Below are positions 1 to 8,975 of a stretch of 64,000 nucleotides of DNA, in pieces (within the stretch, counting starts at the first letter, position 1; every line of letters starts with the position of its first letter). This DNA comes from Alkalispirochaeta sp. (lineage in GTDB: Bacteria; Spirochaetota; Spirochaetia; DSM-27196; Alkalispirochaetaceae): assembly GCA_965242725.1 (NCBI GenBank), contig CBDESZ010000016.1, positions 224,001 to 288,000 of the forward strand, read 5' to 3'. The notes beneath the pieces are model-generated. The model was given only the letters and a program-made list of their open reading frames with translations, had not been told where the DNA came from and searched no databases. The translations under genes were made by a program, and so were the position numbers.

Positions 1-1
1 G

Positions 2-643
2 GGCATAAATATAAACTTTGCCCCGGTGGTGGACCTCGTGGAGGTGCAGGATCGCTCCATCATCGGCGACCGCTCGTGGGGAGGAGATCCGGACCGTGTT
101 TCCGCAATGGCCCGGTCCTATCTCGCGGGCCTCCGCGAAGCGGGCGTCATCGGCACGGTAAAGCACTTTCCCGGCCACGGCGTGACGCGGGTGGACAGCC
201 ACGGACGGCTCCCCGAGGTCGACCTGACGATTGATGACTTGATGGACCGGGATCTGCGCCCATTCATCGCCGCCGTGGACGGCGGCGTGCCCGCCGTCAT
301 GACCGCTCACATCCTCTTTCCCCGGATCGACCCGGAATATCCCGTCACAATCTCGGAAGTATTCCTTCACGACATCCTTCGGGAACGGCTACAATACGAC
401 GGAGTGGTCCTCTCCGACGGTCTGTCCATGGCGGCGCTCTCCGACAACTACGACATCGACCTCGTCCTGGAGCGGGCCCTTAAGTACGACGTGGACCTCA
501 TTCTCATCCACGACCGGTACGACTTCACGGAAATCCTGGCGCGCACGGAAGCGCTCGTTGCATCGGGACGCATCACCGAGGAGGACATCGACCGCGGTGT
601 CCGTCGCGTCCTGGCCCTCAAAGAACGATATCGACTGTTCTGA
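2..643 (+). CDS. Glycoside hydrolase family 3 N-terminal domain protein (beta-N-acetylhexosaminidase, NagZ-like), 5'-truncated by the window edge
   Basis: Frame is open from position 2 (GININFAPVVDL). Carries KHFPGHG..DSH, MTAH and SDGLSM (nucleophile Asp) motifs of GH3 NagZ enzymes. Confidence 0.88.
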   Translation, partial: GININFAPVVDLVEVQDRSIIGDRSWGGDPDRVSAMARSYLAGLREAGVIGTVKHFPGHGVTRVDSHGRLPEVDLTIDDLMDRDLRPFIAAVDGGVPAVMTAHILFPRIDPEYPVTISEVFLHDILRERLQYDGVVLSDGLSMAALSDNYDIDLVLERALKYDVDLILIHDRYDFTEILARTEALVASGRITEEDIDRGVRRVLALKERYRLF

Positions 644-657
644 AAAGGAAGGTTGCT

Positions 658-1509
658 ATGGGAAAATTGAAAATTGAACTTCGTTCCGCGGTGATCACGT
701 TTCTCCTGCTGGCGGGCATCAACAGCCTCGTCCAGGGGCAGAGCGGATCGGCCTTTTCCACGGAAGAGGTGTCGAGACTCCTTCAGCGGGCGGCGTCATA
801 CACGGGCGACGAGCTGATGAACCTGGCGGACGACGCCCTCTTCCCGCCGACCTTCGTGGCGACCATGAGAATGACGACGGAGCGGCCCGGTCGCAGGACG
901 ACGGAAATGGTCCTTGAAAACTCCCATCAGGATGACGTCGGTACCTACATGGAGGTGCTGGAACCGAGCCGCTCCCGGGGCATGCGTTTCCTTCAAAAGG
1001 AGGACGACCTGTGGATGTACAATCCCCGCTCCCATTCGCGCCGAGCCGTCCGTCTCGCCCCGCGGGATTCATTTCAGGGAAGCGTCTTCTCCAATAACGA
1101 CGTCTCCGACCCCAACTACGCCGATGACTACACGGCGACCGTCGAAGGTCGGGAGACGATCGACCACCGTGAGTTCGGAACGGTACCCGCCCTGCGTATT
1201 ACCGCCCGTGCACGGCACGACGAGGCGGCGTACGGACGCATCGAGATGTGGTTGCGTCCCGACGAGGAGAGTCCCGACGATCTGCGGGTGATTCCCCTGC
1301 GTATCGACTACTACTCCCGGTCGGGGCTGCTCTTCAAGCGGATGACCCTCCGGGAGATCGGCCCCCTCGCGGGGGCGCGTCGTCCCTCGGTGATGGAAAT
1401 GGAGTCCCTGGAGGAGCAGGGGGCGGTCACCACCGTCCGTATTGAGTCCCTGGAATCCCGGGAAGAGCTGCCGCCGCGTCTCTTCAGTCAACAGGAATTG
1501 ACGAGATGA
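658..1509 (+). CDS. Outer-membrane lipoprotein-sorting (LolA-like) protein
   Basis: Signal peptide, then G.RFL...DDLWMYNP, SFQGSVFSNND and RIDYYSRSG.LFK patterns typical of the LolA-like family found beside LolCDE-like ABC genes. Confidence 0.75.
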   Translation: MGKLKIELRSAVITFLLLAGINSLVQGQSGSAFSTEEVSRLLQRAASYTGDELMNLADDALFPPTFVATMRMTTERPGRRTTEMVLENSHQDDVGTYMEVLEPSRSRGMRFLQKEDDLWMYNPRSHSRRAVRLAPRDSFQGSVFSNNDVSDPNYADDYTATVEGRETIDHREFGTVPALRITARARHDEAAYGRIEMWLRPDEESPDDLRVIPLRIDYYSRSGLLFKRMTLREIGPLAGARRPSVMEMESLEEQGAVTTVRIESLESREELPPRLFSQQELTR

Positions 1510-1527
1510 TATACACTTGTACTGCCA

Positions 1528-2778
1528 ATGGTTGATCTGCCTGCTATGATCCGGCGGCTACGCGTCCTGCCTTTGCTGCCGCTCCTGATGTCATTCATCG
1601 TCATGTTACCCGTCGCAGGTAATCTCTATCCCCAGGAGTATGACCTCCTCGGAAGCGTGGAACTCAGTAGCACAACGCACCATCTGAAAGAATCTCCCGT
1701 CGTGTCGGGAACGGGTCTTCGGCAGGATGCGTGGGAAACGGCGGGCACCATGCGTATCGAGGCAACCCACCGCCTGACCTATTCCGGCGCGGAGTTTGTT
1801 CTCGATCACGGGTTGGATATCTCTCCCGCGATCACCTCGGACCAAACGATTTTTGACATCACATCCGACGCCGGAAGTGCCGGGACGGGAGACACCGGGG
1901 CGGGCACGGTGACGCTTGTGCACAGTCTCAACCAGGGATATCTCTCCCTTTTTCCCGCCGAGTGGCTCGTCGTGCGTATGGGGCGGCAACGGATGAACTG
2001 GGGACGGGCCTATACGTTTTCCGTCACCGACGCGATGCATCCTCACCACCCGGACGCACAGATCGAGACGGGATTTGACGGCCTCTCCCTCGCCCTGCGA
2101 CCAACACCGGATATCTCCCTTGAGGTGGCCGGGGCGATCCAGAATGCCGTCGATACGGGAGAAATGGAGGACGTCCGTCTCGGCGCGTATGGTCTGTTCT
2201 TCCTCGCCCCGGTGGAACTCGGCGCGACGGTGGTCTATCAGTACCGGACAATTCTCCGACCCGGATTTGTCACAACCTTTCCCGTGGGACCGCTCCTCGT
2301 CGTCGGAGAGGGAGCCATGGAAATGTACGATCCCCGGAACGAGCGCATGGACTATCAACCCCAGTTCAGTATCGGCGGCGAATACACGTGGTACGGTGAG
2401 GTGACCGACATTTCCCTCACCGCGGAGTATCTCTACAACGGACTGGCAGAACACGTGCCGGAAATACTCCTGGGGAGTCAGCCCGTTGAAGATCTGTCGG
2501 TGACAACCGATTTTGCCGGCGGTTTTGCCCGCCCGGGCTACCGCTACCTGTCGGGAAGCGTGTCCATGCACGTGACGGACAGCTGGTCGACGACACATAC
2601 CGCATTGACCAATATTTCCGACGAAAGCTGGTGGGTCACCCACGGTGTCACGCTGCTTCGCGTTCCCGGAGTCGATCTGGGTGCGCAGGTGACGTGGAAC
2701 AGCGGCGATCCGGGAACGGAGTTCGGCAATCTGTCCCGGGATGTAGTCGTGGAACTCACGGCAAAGGCGCATTTCTAG
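1528..2778 (+). CDS. Putative outer-membrane beta-barrel protein
   Basis: Signal peptide, GRQRMNWG motif, alternating amphipathic strands and a C-terminal ELTAKAHF ending in Phe. Confidence 0.6.
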   Translation: MVDLPAMIRRLRVLPLLPLLMSFIVMLPVAGNLYPQEYDLLGSVELSSTTHHLKESPVVSGTGLRQDAWETAGTMRIEATHRLTYSGAEFVLDHGLDISPAITSDQTIFDITSDAGSAGTGDTGAGTVTLVHSLNQGYLSLFPAEWLVVRMGRQRMNWGRAYTFSVTDAMHPHHPDAQIETGFDGLSLALRPTPDISLEVAGAIQNAVDTGEMEDVRLGAYGLFFLAPVELGATVVYQYRTILRPGFVTTFPVGPLLVVGEGAMEMYDPRNERMDYQPQFSIGGEYTWYGEVTDISLTAEYLYNGLAEHVPEILLGSQPVEDLSVTTDFAGGFARPGYRYLSGSVSMHVTDSWSTTHTALTNISDESWWVTHGVTLLRVPGVDLGAQVTWNSGDPGTEFGNLSRDVVVELTAKAHF

Positions 2779-2795
2779 GCGCCCGGGCGGAATAC

Positions 2796-3485
2796 ATGGA
2801 GGAGAAAGTGGCCCTTGTAACGGTTTCGGACGTAACAAAAGAGTACCCTCTGGGAAAGACGACGATACACGCCCTGAGAGGCGTATCCCTTCACATTGAG
2901 GCCGGAGAGATCGTTGCGGTCGTCGGACCGTCGGGCTGCGGCAAGACGACACTTCTCAACCTCATCGGTTGCATCGATCGACCGACAAGCGGCGAGGTCA
3001 CGATGGACGGGCAACCCCTGAGTCATCTCAACGACGACGAAGAGAGCGCCCTTCGGCTCCACCACATGGGGTTTGTCTTTCAGAGTTTCAACCTCATTCC
3101 CGTCCTTACGGTCCGGGAAAACGTTGAATTTCCCGCCGTTCTTGCGGGAACGCCGGCGGCGGAACGGCGGGAATACGCAGACTATCTGCTCAATGCCGTC
3201 GACATCGGCCAATACGCGTCGCATCGGCCCGATGAACTGTCGGGGGGACAGCGGCAGCGCGTCGCCGTCGCCCGGGCGCTCATCAACCGGCCGAGTCTCG
3301 TCATCGCCGACGAGCCGACGGCAAACCTCGATTCCGAGACGGGTGATCGCATTATCGCCCTCATGCGGGACCTCAACCACCACGACAACGTGACCTTTCT
3401 CTTTTCCACCCACAATCCGGAAATACTCCAATACGCGGACCGGACAATACCGCTCAGGGACGGCCGGGTGGGAGGAACGGAATGA
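2796..3485 (+). CDS. ABC transporter ATP-binding protein, LolD/MacB-like
   Basis: GPSGCGKT, GFVFQSFNL, LSGGQRQRVAVARAL and DEPTANLD. Start is ATG 2796 or GTG 2808 (after GGAGG). Confidence 0.92.
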   Translation: MEEKVALVTVSDVTKEYPLGKTTIHALRGVSLHIEAGEIVAVVGPSGCGKTTLLNLIGCIDRPTSGEVTMDGQPLSHLNDDEESALRLHHMGFVFQSFNLIPVLTVRENVEFPAVLAGTPAAERREYADYLLNAVDIGQYASHRPDELSGGQRQRVAVARALINRPSLVIADEPTANLDSETGDRIIALMRDLNHHDNVTFLFSTHNPEILQYADRTIPLRDGRVGGTE

Positions 3486-4870
3486 TATGGAAGATCGCCT
3501 GGGCGAGTCTCCTCAGACACGGACGGCGAAGTCTCCTTATTCTCCTGGCCGTCGCCCTTTCCGTCGCGGTCATGGAGTTTGTCGTCGGAATGATGACGGG
3601 GATGCGGGAGGACTTTTTTGAAACGATGGTCAGTTCCGGAGGGCACCTCCGGGTGGAACACATCGATTCCGCCGACGCGCTGGATCCCCTTTCCCTTGAG
3701 CTCCTGATTTCGGACTGGCGGAAGTACGACGACTGGTTTCGTTCCCGGCCGGAAGTGGTCGCGACGGAGGCGGTTCTCCCGTTCGGGGCGCTGCTCATAC
3801 ATGGGGAAACCAACGCCCCGATGGTGGGTATCGGTGTTTCACCGGACACCTCGTTTTATTCGGATGTCCGGGGCGGTATGGAGGAAGGGCGATTCCTGGG
3901 TGACGGGGACGGGGACGGCGCCGGCGCGGGAGGTGGCGACACAGACAACGGCTACACCGCAGACACCGACAGCTCCACCGCCGACACCGACAGCTCCGAC
4001 ACCGCAGCCGCCCCGACCTCCGGGGAGGCGTTGAACAGGGAAATTCTCATATCCACACAGACGGCGGACATGCTCGATCTCGTCGTCGGCGATTCCGCAA
4101 TGGTCCTTGTGGAAGACTCCACCGGGGCACCCTACTATCTGGACTACCTCGTCGCGGGGATCTTCCGCAGCGACTCCGGCGAGTTTGACGACACATCCTT
4201 TCTCATGAGCCACGATGATGCCCGGGAACTGCTGTACGTTGGTGAGGGGACACGGGAAATCAGGGTTGTTCTTCGGAGCGACGACCTTGCCGACGAGGTG
4301 GCGGCGCACTTTGCCGGAGCGTTCAATGACGTTTCAGGGGCGGGAAGCGCCGGGGAGACCCTGACCGCCTCCTCCCCGGCCGTCACGGTCCGTACGTGGC
4401 GTGACATTCACGGCGGCACCGCCGTGCTCCTTGAGATGTTTGACGTATTCATTTACGCCATAAATCTCCTTATCGTCATCGTCGCCGCGACGGTCATCAC
4501 CAACGCCATCCTCATGAATGTCTTTGAAAAGGCAAGGGAATACGCCGCCATGCGAGCCGTGGGCATGACCGCCCGGGGAATATTCCGTCTCGTCCTCGCC
4601 GAGGGAGCGGTCTACGGTATCGTCGGAAGCATCATAGGTCTCGCCGTCGGCATTCCGCTGGTCATCTACTTTCAGCACAACGGTATCGACTTTGGAGAGG
4701 TCATGGAGTCCTTCAACCTGGGCCGGGAGATCAATACCCGGTTTTCTCCCCTCTCATCACTCATGAACGCCCTCCTGGGAACGCTCATCGCCGTCGGTGG
4801 AAGCCTTTACGCCGGTCTTATCTCACGTCGACGGACGATCATGGAAAGCATGCGGGGAGGTACGATCTGA
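3482..4870 (+). CDS. ABC transporter permease, LolC/E-FtsX family
   Basis: One N-terminal TM, a large periplasmic domain, then EKAREYAAMRAVG and three TMs. ATGA overlap with the upstream gene. Confidence 0.88.
   Translation: MIWKIAWASLLRHGRRSLLILLAVALSVAVMEFVVGMMTGMREDFFETMVSSGGHLRVEHIDSADALDPLSLELLISDWRKYDDWFRSRPEVVATEAVLPFGALLIHGETNAPMVGIGVSPDTSFYSDVRGGMEEGRFLGDGDGDGAGAGGGDTDNGYTADTDSSTADTDSSDTAAAPTSGEALNREILISTQTADMLDLVVGDSAMVLVEDSTGAPYYLDYLVAGIFRSDSGEFDDTSFLMSHDDARELLYVGEGTREIRVVLRSDDLADEVAAHFAGAFNDVSGAGSAGETLTASSPAVTVRTWRDIHGGTAVLLEMFDVFIYAINLLIVIVAATVITNAILMNVFEKAREYAAMRAVGMTARGIFRLVLAEGAVYGIVGSIIGLAVGIPLVIYFQHNGIDFGEVMESFNLGREINTRFSPLSSLMNALLGTLIAVGGSLYAGLISRRRTIMESMRGGTI
3956..3997 (+). 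repeat. In-frame 21-bp tandem duplication (TADTDSS x2) inside an acidic/Gly-rich insert
   Basis: accgcagacaccgacagctcc followed by accgccgacaccgacagctcc. Confidence 0.85.
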
Positions 4871-6132
4871 TGACTATCGCCGCCGTCGCCTGGCGCAACA
4901 TCTTCCGCAATCGCCGCCGCACCGTCCTCAATATCATCGCCCTCACGGTCGGCATGTCCGTCCTCGTCCTCGCCCTCGGCTGGATCGGCGGATACCACAG
5001 CTACATCTACGACACCCTCCGTGACTTCCAGACGGGAGACGTCCAGATCGTCCATCCCAGGTGGTACGCAGAACGCACACGCCTTCCCGTTGAATATCTC
5101 ATAGAAAATCAGAACAAACTTCGTTCCGCGGTGCAGGAACTGCCCGAGGTTCGCAGTGTAACGCCTCGGGTGGTCTTTTCGGTCAGAACCTCCACGGGGA
5201 GCACCGCCTTCCGCATGCAGGGTGTGGCTATCGATCCCCGACACGAGCCGGAAGTGAGCGTGCTCCACCGCCACCTCGTCTCCGACGGCGGAGATCAGGG
5301 GGAAGGCCCCCTGAGCGTCTCAGCGGACGGGGGTATCTGGATCGGCAGACCCGTGGCGGAAAAGGCGGGCATCGCCGTGGGGGACACCCTTTTCCTCCGC
5401 GCCATGAACCGGCACGGTGTGGAGAACCTCTATGACGCCCCTGTTGTCGGAATCTTCGAGTACGGTTATCCCGTCCTCGACCGGAACGTCCTCTACCTCG
5501 ATCTGGCAACGGCGGAGGAACTCCTGGATCTGGACGGCGGCGCCACGCACCTTGTGATCCGTCTCGCCGACGGCGTTGCGCCGGGTGACGGGGTGGAGGC
5601 TGTCGCATCGCTTGTCGAAAACCGCCGGGGTGACCTTCTGGAGGTCCGTCCGTGGAAGGACTTTGCCCGTGCCGCCGTCTCCGCGGTGGAAGGCGATACC
5701 TACAGCTTCACCGTCATGATCGCCGTCGTGTATCTCCTCATCATCATCGGTATACTCAATTCATTGTCCATGAGCGTCCATGAGCGCACGAGGGAAATCG
5801 GTACCATCAGGGCGATCGGCATACGTCGCCGCCAGCTGGTCGCCCTCTTCGCCCTTGAAAGTGTCTGGCAGGCGCTCATCGCCGCGGTGATATCCCTCGC
5901 CATTACCACCCCCATTGCACTGTGGCTCGTCCACACCGGCGTGGATATCGCCTCCAATATGCCCGACAACATTCCCGTGCCCTTCGGCACCCGTTTTCGC
6001 GCGGACTTTGCGGTATGGCACTACCTTCTCACCCTGGCGAGCGGCGTCGTCACCTCCCTCGCCGGGGCGGTCCTCCCCGCCAGACGGGCGGGAAAGATGG
6101 TCGTTTCCGAGGCGATGCGGACGGTGATATAA
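4870..6132 (+). CDS. ABC transporter permease, LolC/E-FtsX family
   Basis: AWRNIFRNRRRT start, ERTREIGTIRAIG and PARRA at the C-terminus. Confidence 0.9.
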   Translation: MTIAAVAWRNIFRNRRRTVLNIIALTVGMSVLVLALGWIGGYHSYIYDTLRDFQTGDVQIVHPRWYAERTRLPVEYLIENQNKLRSAVQELPEVRSVTPRVVFSVRTSTGSTAFRMQGVAIDPRHEPEVSVLHRHLVSDGGDQGEGPLSVSADGGIWIGRPVAEKAGIAVGDTLFLRAMNRHGVENLYDAPVVGIFEYGYPVLDRNVLYLDLATAEELLDLDGGATHLVIRLADGVAPGDGVEAVASLVENRRGDLLEVRPWKDFARAAVSAVEGDTYSFTVMIAVVYLLIIIGILNSLSMSVHERTREIGTIRAIGIRRRQLVALFALESVWQALIAAVISLAITTPIALWLVHTGVDIASNMPDNIPVPFGTRFRADFAVWHYLLTLASGVVTSLAGAVLPARRAGKMVVSEAMRTVI

Positions 6133-6158
6133 AAAAAGCCCGGCCGTTGCGGCCGGGC
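6131..6158 (-). terminator. Rho-independent terminator for the minus-strand NhaC-family gene
   Basis: Minus strand reads GCCCGGCCG-CAA-CGGCCGGGC-TTTTTTT. Confidence 0.8.
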
Positions 6159-6212
6159 GCGTGACGATCTCTGAAGACCGCTGCTGTGTTGTTGGTATCG
6201 TTTGTTCCGGCG

Positions 6213-7793
6213 TCACTCCGTAACGGGATTCTTGCTGTCCAGCAGGGCGATCTCTTCCGCGGTGAAGTGTTTTTTCTGGTATCTGCTTCCCAGAAAACGG
6301 GAGACGATAACCAGGGCAACAATACCGAGTATAAGAAGAACCCATCCCGCCTGAATGACCGAGGAGAGGAGATAGAGAACACCGGAAATGCCCGCAACAA
6401 GAAGGGCGTAGGGCACCTGGGTCTTCACATGGGCGATGTGGTCTGATCCGGCGAAAATGGAGGCCATGACGGTGGTATCCGAAATGGGGCTGCAGTGGTC
6501 GCCGAAGATGGCACCGGCAAATACTGCACCGATGACGATGTGAACCAGGGGAAGTCCGCCGATTGAATATGCGAGGGGAATACCGATGGGTGTCATGATT
6601 GCCATGGTGCCCCAGGAGGTACCGGTGGAGAAGGAGATGAACATACAGATGATGAAGACGAGAAAGGGCAGGAGCGCCGGGGTCATCCAGCTTTCCGTTG
6701 CACCGACGACAAAATCGGCGGTACCCAGTTCTCCGGTAACCGTTCCGATGGACCACGCGAGGATCATGATCACCAGCGCCGGCAGCATCGTCCTGATTCC
6801 GCCCATGACGGTGTCTTCAATCTCCTTGAAGCTCATTTTCTGAATGATCGCAAGGACGACACCCACAAAGGACATGGCAAACGCTGCCCACGTGAGGGCG
6901 ACGTCGACTTGCGTATCCGCCAGGGCGTCCATAAGGCTCTTACCCTCGGGTCCGCCTCCGGTATACCAGAGGGCCCACACGCCCACACCGATGAGTGTCA
7001 CCAGGGGCAGGATGAAGTAAAAGACGTTGGCCTTTTCAGGGTTGACCGCTTCACCGAGGTCCATTTCCACCGATGAAAGGGGCGTTGCCCCGTCTTCTAT
7101 CAGTTTTCCCGTCTTCAGCGACCGCAGTTCCGCAGTTGCCATGGGACCAAAATCCTTCCCGAATATGAAGAGGGGAACGGCGATGAGACTGAGAATGCTG
7201 TAAAAGTTCCATTGAATGGAGCTCAGGAAGGCAAAATAGGGTTGAGACTCTACAAGTGAAATGGAAACAAACGCAGCGGCGATGAGGGATACCTGAAAAC
7301 CGATCCAGTCCGATACGGGGCCGATCGTCGCCATGGGAGCTGCGGTGGCGTCCAGGATGTAGGCAAATTTCTCCCGGGATACGCGGTACTTGCCGTTTAT
7401 GTCCTTGGAAGCGTTTCCGGTGATGACGGAGTTCACATAGTCATTGAAGAAAACGACGATACCGAGAATCCACGCAAAAAACTGTGCCCGTTTTCGGTTG
7501 GTGATTCTGTGCTGCAGAGATCGCGTCAATGCGTGAGAACCGCCGACTTTGTACATGAGACCGGCGCCGATGCCGAGAAAGGCGACAAGCACCAGAAAGC
7601 GGGCGTTCCACCCGTCGGTCATGACGTCCTTCATCCAGTCAAAGGTCACGCCGACGGCGGCAAAGGGATTGCCTCCTGTATAGATCAAACCGCCGATCCA
7701 GACGCTTACAAAAAGCGAGATCAGCACTTTCCGGGTCATAATGGCCAGCGCAATTGCGACAACCGGTGGTACAATGGACCACAATCCAAACAT
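6213..7793 (-). CDS. Na+/H+ antiporter NhaC-family protein (probable amino-acid/organic-acid transporter)
   Basis: About 12 TMs with FFNDY, SREKFAYILDATAAP, FSTGTSWGT and GDHCSPISDTT motifs. Confidence 0.85.
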   Translation of the reverse strand: MFGLWSIVPPVVAIALAIMTRKVLISLFVSVWIGGLIYTGGNPFAAVGVTFDWMKDVMTDGWNARFLVLVAFLGIGAGLMYKVGGSHALTRSLQHRITNRKRAQFFAWILGIVVFFNDYVNSVITGNASKDINGKYRVSREKFAYILDATAAPMATIGPVSDWIGFQVSLIAAAFVSISLVESQPYFAFLSSIQWNFYSILSLIAVPLFIFGKDFGPMATAELRSLKTGKLIEDGATPLSSVEMDLGEAVNPEKANVFYFILPLVTLIGVGVWALWYTGGGPEGKSLMDALADTQVDVALTWAAFAMSFVGVVLAIIQKMSFKEIEDTVMGGIRTMLPALVIMILAWSIGTVTGELGTADFVVGATESWMTPALLPFLVFIICMFISFSTGTSWGTMAIMTPIGIPLAYSIGGLPLVHIVIGAVFAGAIFGDHCSPISDTTVMASIFAGSDHIAHVKTQVPYALLVAGISGVLYLLSSVIQAGWVLLILGIVALVIVSRFLGSRYQKKHFTAEEIALLDSKNPVTE

Positions 7794-7904
7794 AATTCAG
7801 CCCCCTTCTTTGAGTAAATATTACAAGTATAGGTCTTTTTGCCCTTTTGAGAATTTATACTACCACAGGTATGGAACGGGGTAAAATAAAAATTTCCCGT
7901 ATTT

Positions 7905-8975
7905 TCAGAAGGCGAAGCCCAGCCCCGGCTCCTCCGAGGGGATGATCGCGCCGTCGACGATCGTCACCGCCGCCGCAGTGGGATCGTCGACAAACTCGAG
8001 GTGACCGTCCAGATCGGCGTACTTCACGTTGGGGCTGGCGAGCGCCAGATGCGCCCCCGCTGCAACTCCAAGGCCCGCCTCGTCCATACACCCCACCATG
8101 GTCGGCGCCCCGGCGGCGGCGGCAATCGCATCCAGCTGTCCGGCCCGCATGATGCCTCCCGTCTTTGCCAGCTTGATGTTGTACATGTCGGCGCCGCCGT
8201 GATTCATGATGGTCAGGACGTCTTCAGGTCCCAGGACCGCCTCGTCGGCCATCACCGGGAATCCCGTGCCGATCGCTCCTCTGAGGACAAAGAATGCATC
8301 CAGATCGTTCTTGTGGCACGGCTGCTCGATGAATTCCGCCCCCACCGTTTGGAGTGTTTCCATGCACTGCAGCGCCTGCAGCACCGAATAGCCCTGATTG
8401 GCGTCAAAGTAGAGGCGTACGTCATCACCCACCGCTTCACGTACCTTGATGATCCGTTCGCAGTCCTCCTCCACGTCTGCACCGCCCTTGAGCTTCAGGG
8501 TGGTGAAGCCCCGGTGACACCACTCCACAGCTTTTTCGACGGTCCGGGCGGGAGACATGATTCCGATTGTGACGGAAGTTCGAACCAAATTTTCGTACCC
8601 GCCAAGGAGGCGATAGAGAGGCAGGCGCGCCGTACGCGCCATGATGTCCCAGAGTGCCATGTCCACCGCCGCCATCGCCGTGGGTTGATCCTTCAACGTC
8701 TCCATGAGCCGATGCAGAATGCGGGCGGGCCGCAGGGGATCTTCACCGAGGAGCTGCGGTATGGCCACATCACGCAACGCCCGTTCCACGGTCTCCGCCG
8801 TCTCACCGGTAACCTCCTCATCATGGGCGGCGCATCCAAAGCCGGTCACGCCGCCGTCGGTCTCGATGCGGAGAAAGACATTTGTCGTGTGGTCTATGGT
8901 GGAGTAGGCGATTGCAAAGGGTTCACTCAGGGTAAGGCGGAGGGGCCACGCCTCGCAGCGGGTGATTTTCATCAC
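7905..8975 (-). CDS. Enolase-superfamily dipeptide epimerase (L-Ala-D/L-Glu epimerase or DgcA-like N-acetyl-D-Glu racemase)
   Basis: KLKGG, DANQG, IEQP, ADE, NIKLAKTGG, GCM and DLDG motifs. Confidence 0.85.
   Translation of the reverse strand: MMKITRCEAWPLRLTLSEPFAIAYSTIDHTTNVFLRIETDGGVTGFGCAAHDEEVTGETAETVERALRDVAIPQLLGEDPLRPARILHRLMETLKDQPTAMAAVDMALWDIMARTARLPLYRLLGGYENLVRTSVTIGIMSPARTVEKAVEWCHRGFTTLKLKGGADVEEDCERIIKVREAVGDDVRLYFDANQGYSVLQALQCMETLQTVGAEFIEQPCHKNDLDAFFVLRGAIGTGFPVMADEAVLGPEDVLTIMNHGGADMYNIKLAKTGGIMRAGQLDAIAAAAGAPTMVGCMDEAGLGVAAGAHLALASPNVKYADLDGHLEFVDDPTAAAVTIVDGAIIPSEEPGLGFAF

Noticed and set aside
1606..2952. Long antisense or alternate-frame ORFs (e.g. 1606-2952, 12536-13651, 37304-38677, 38741-39964, 54025-55599)
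   Set aside because: They shadow well-supported genes, lack family motifs and are expected from GC-rich codon bias.
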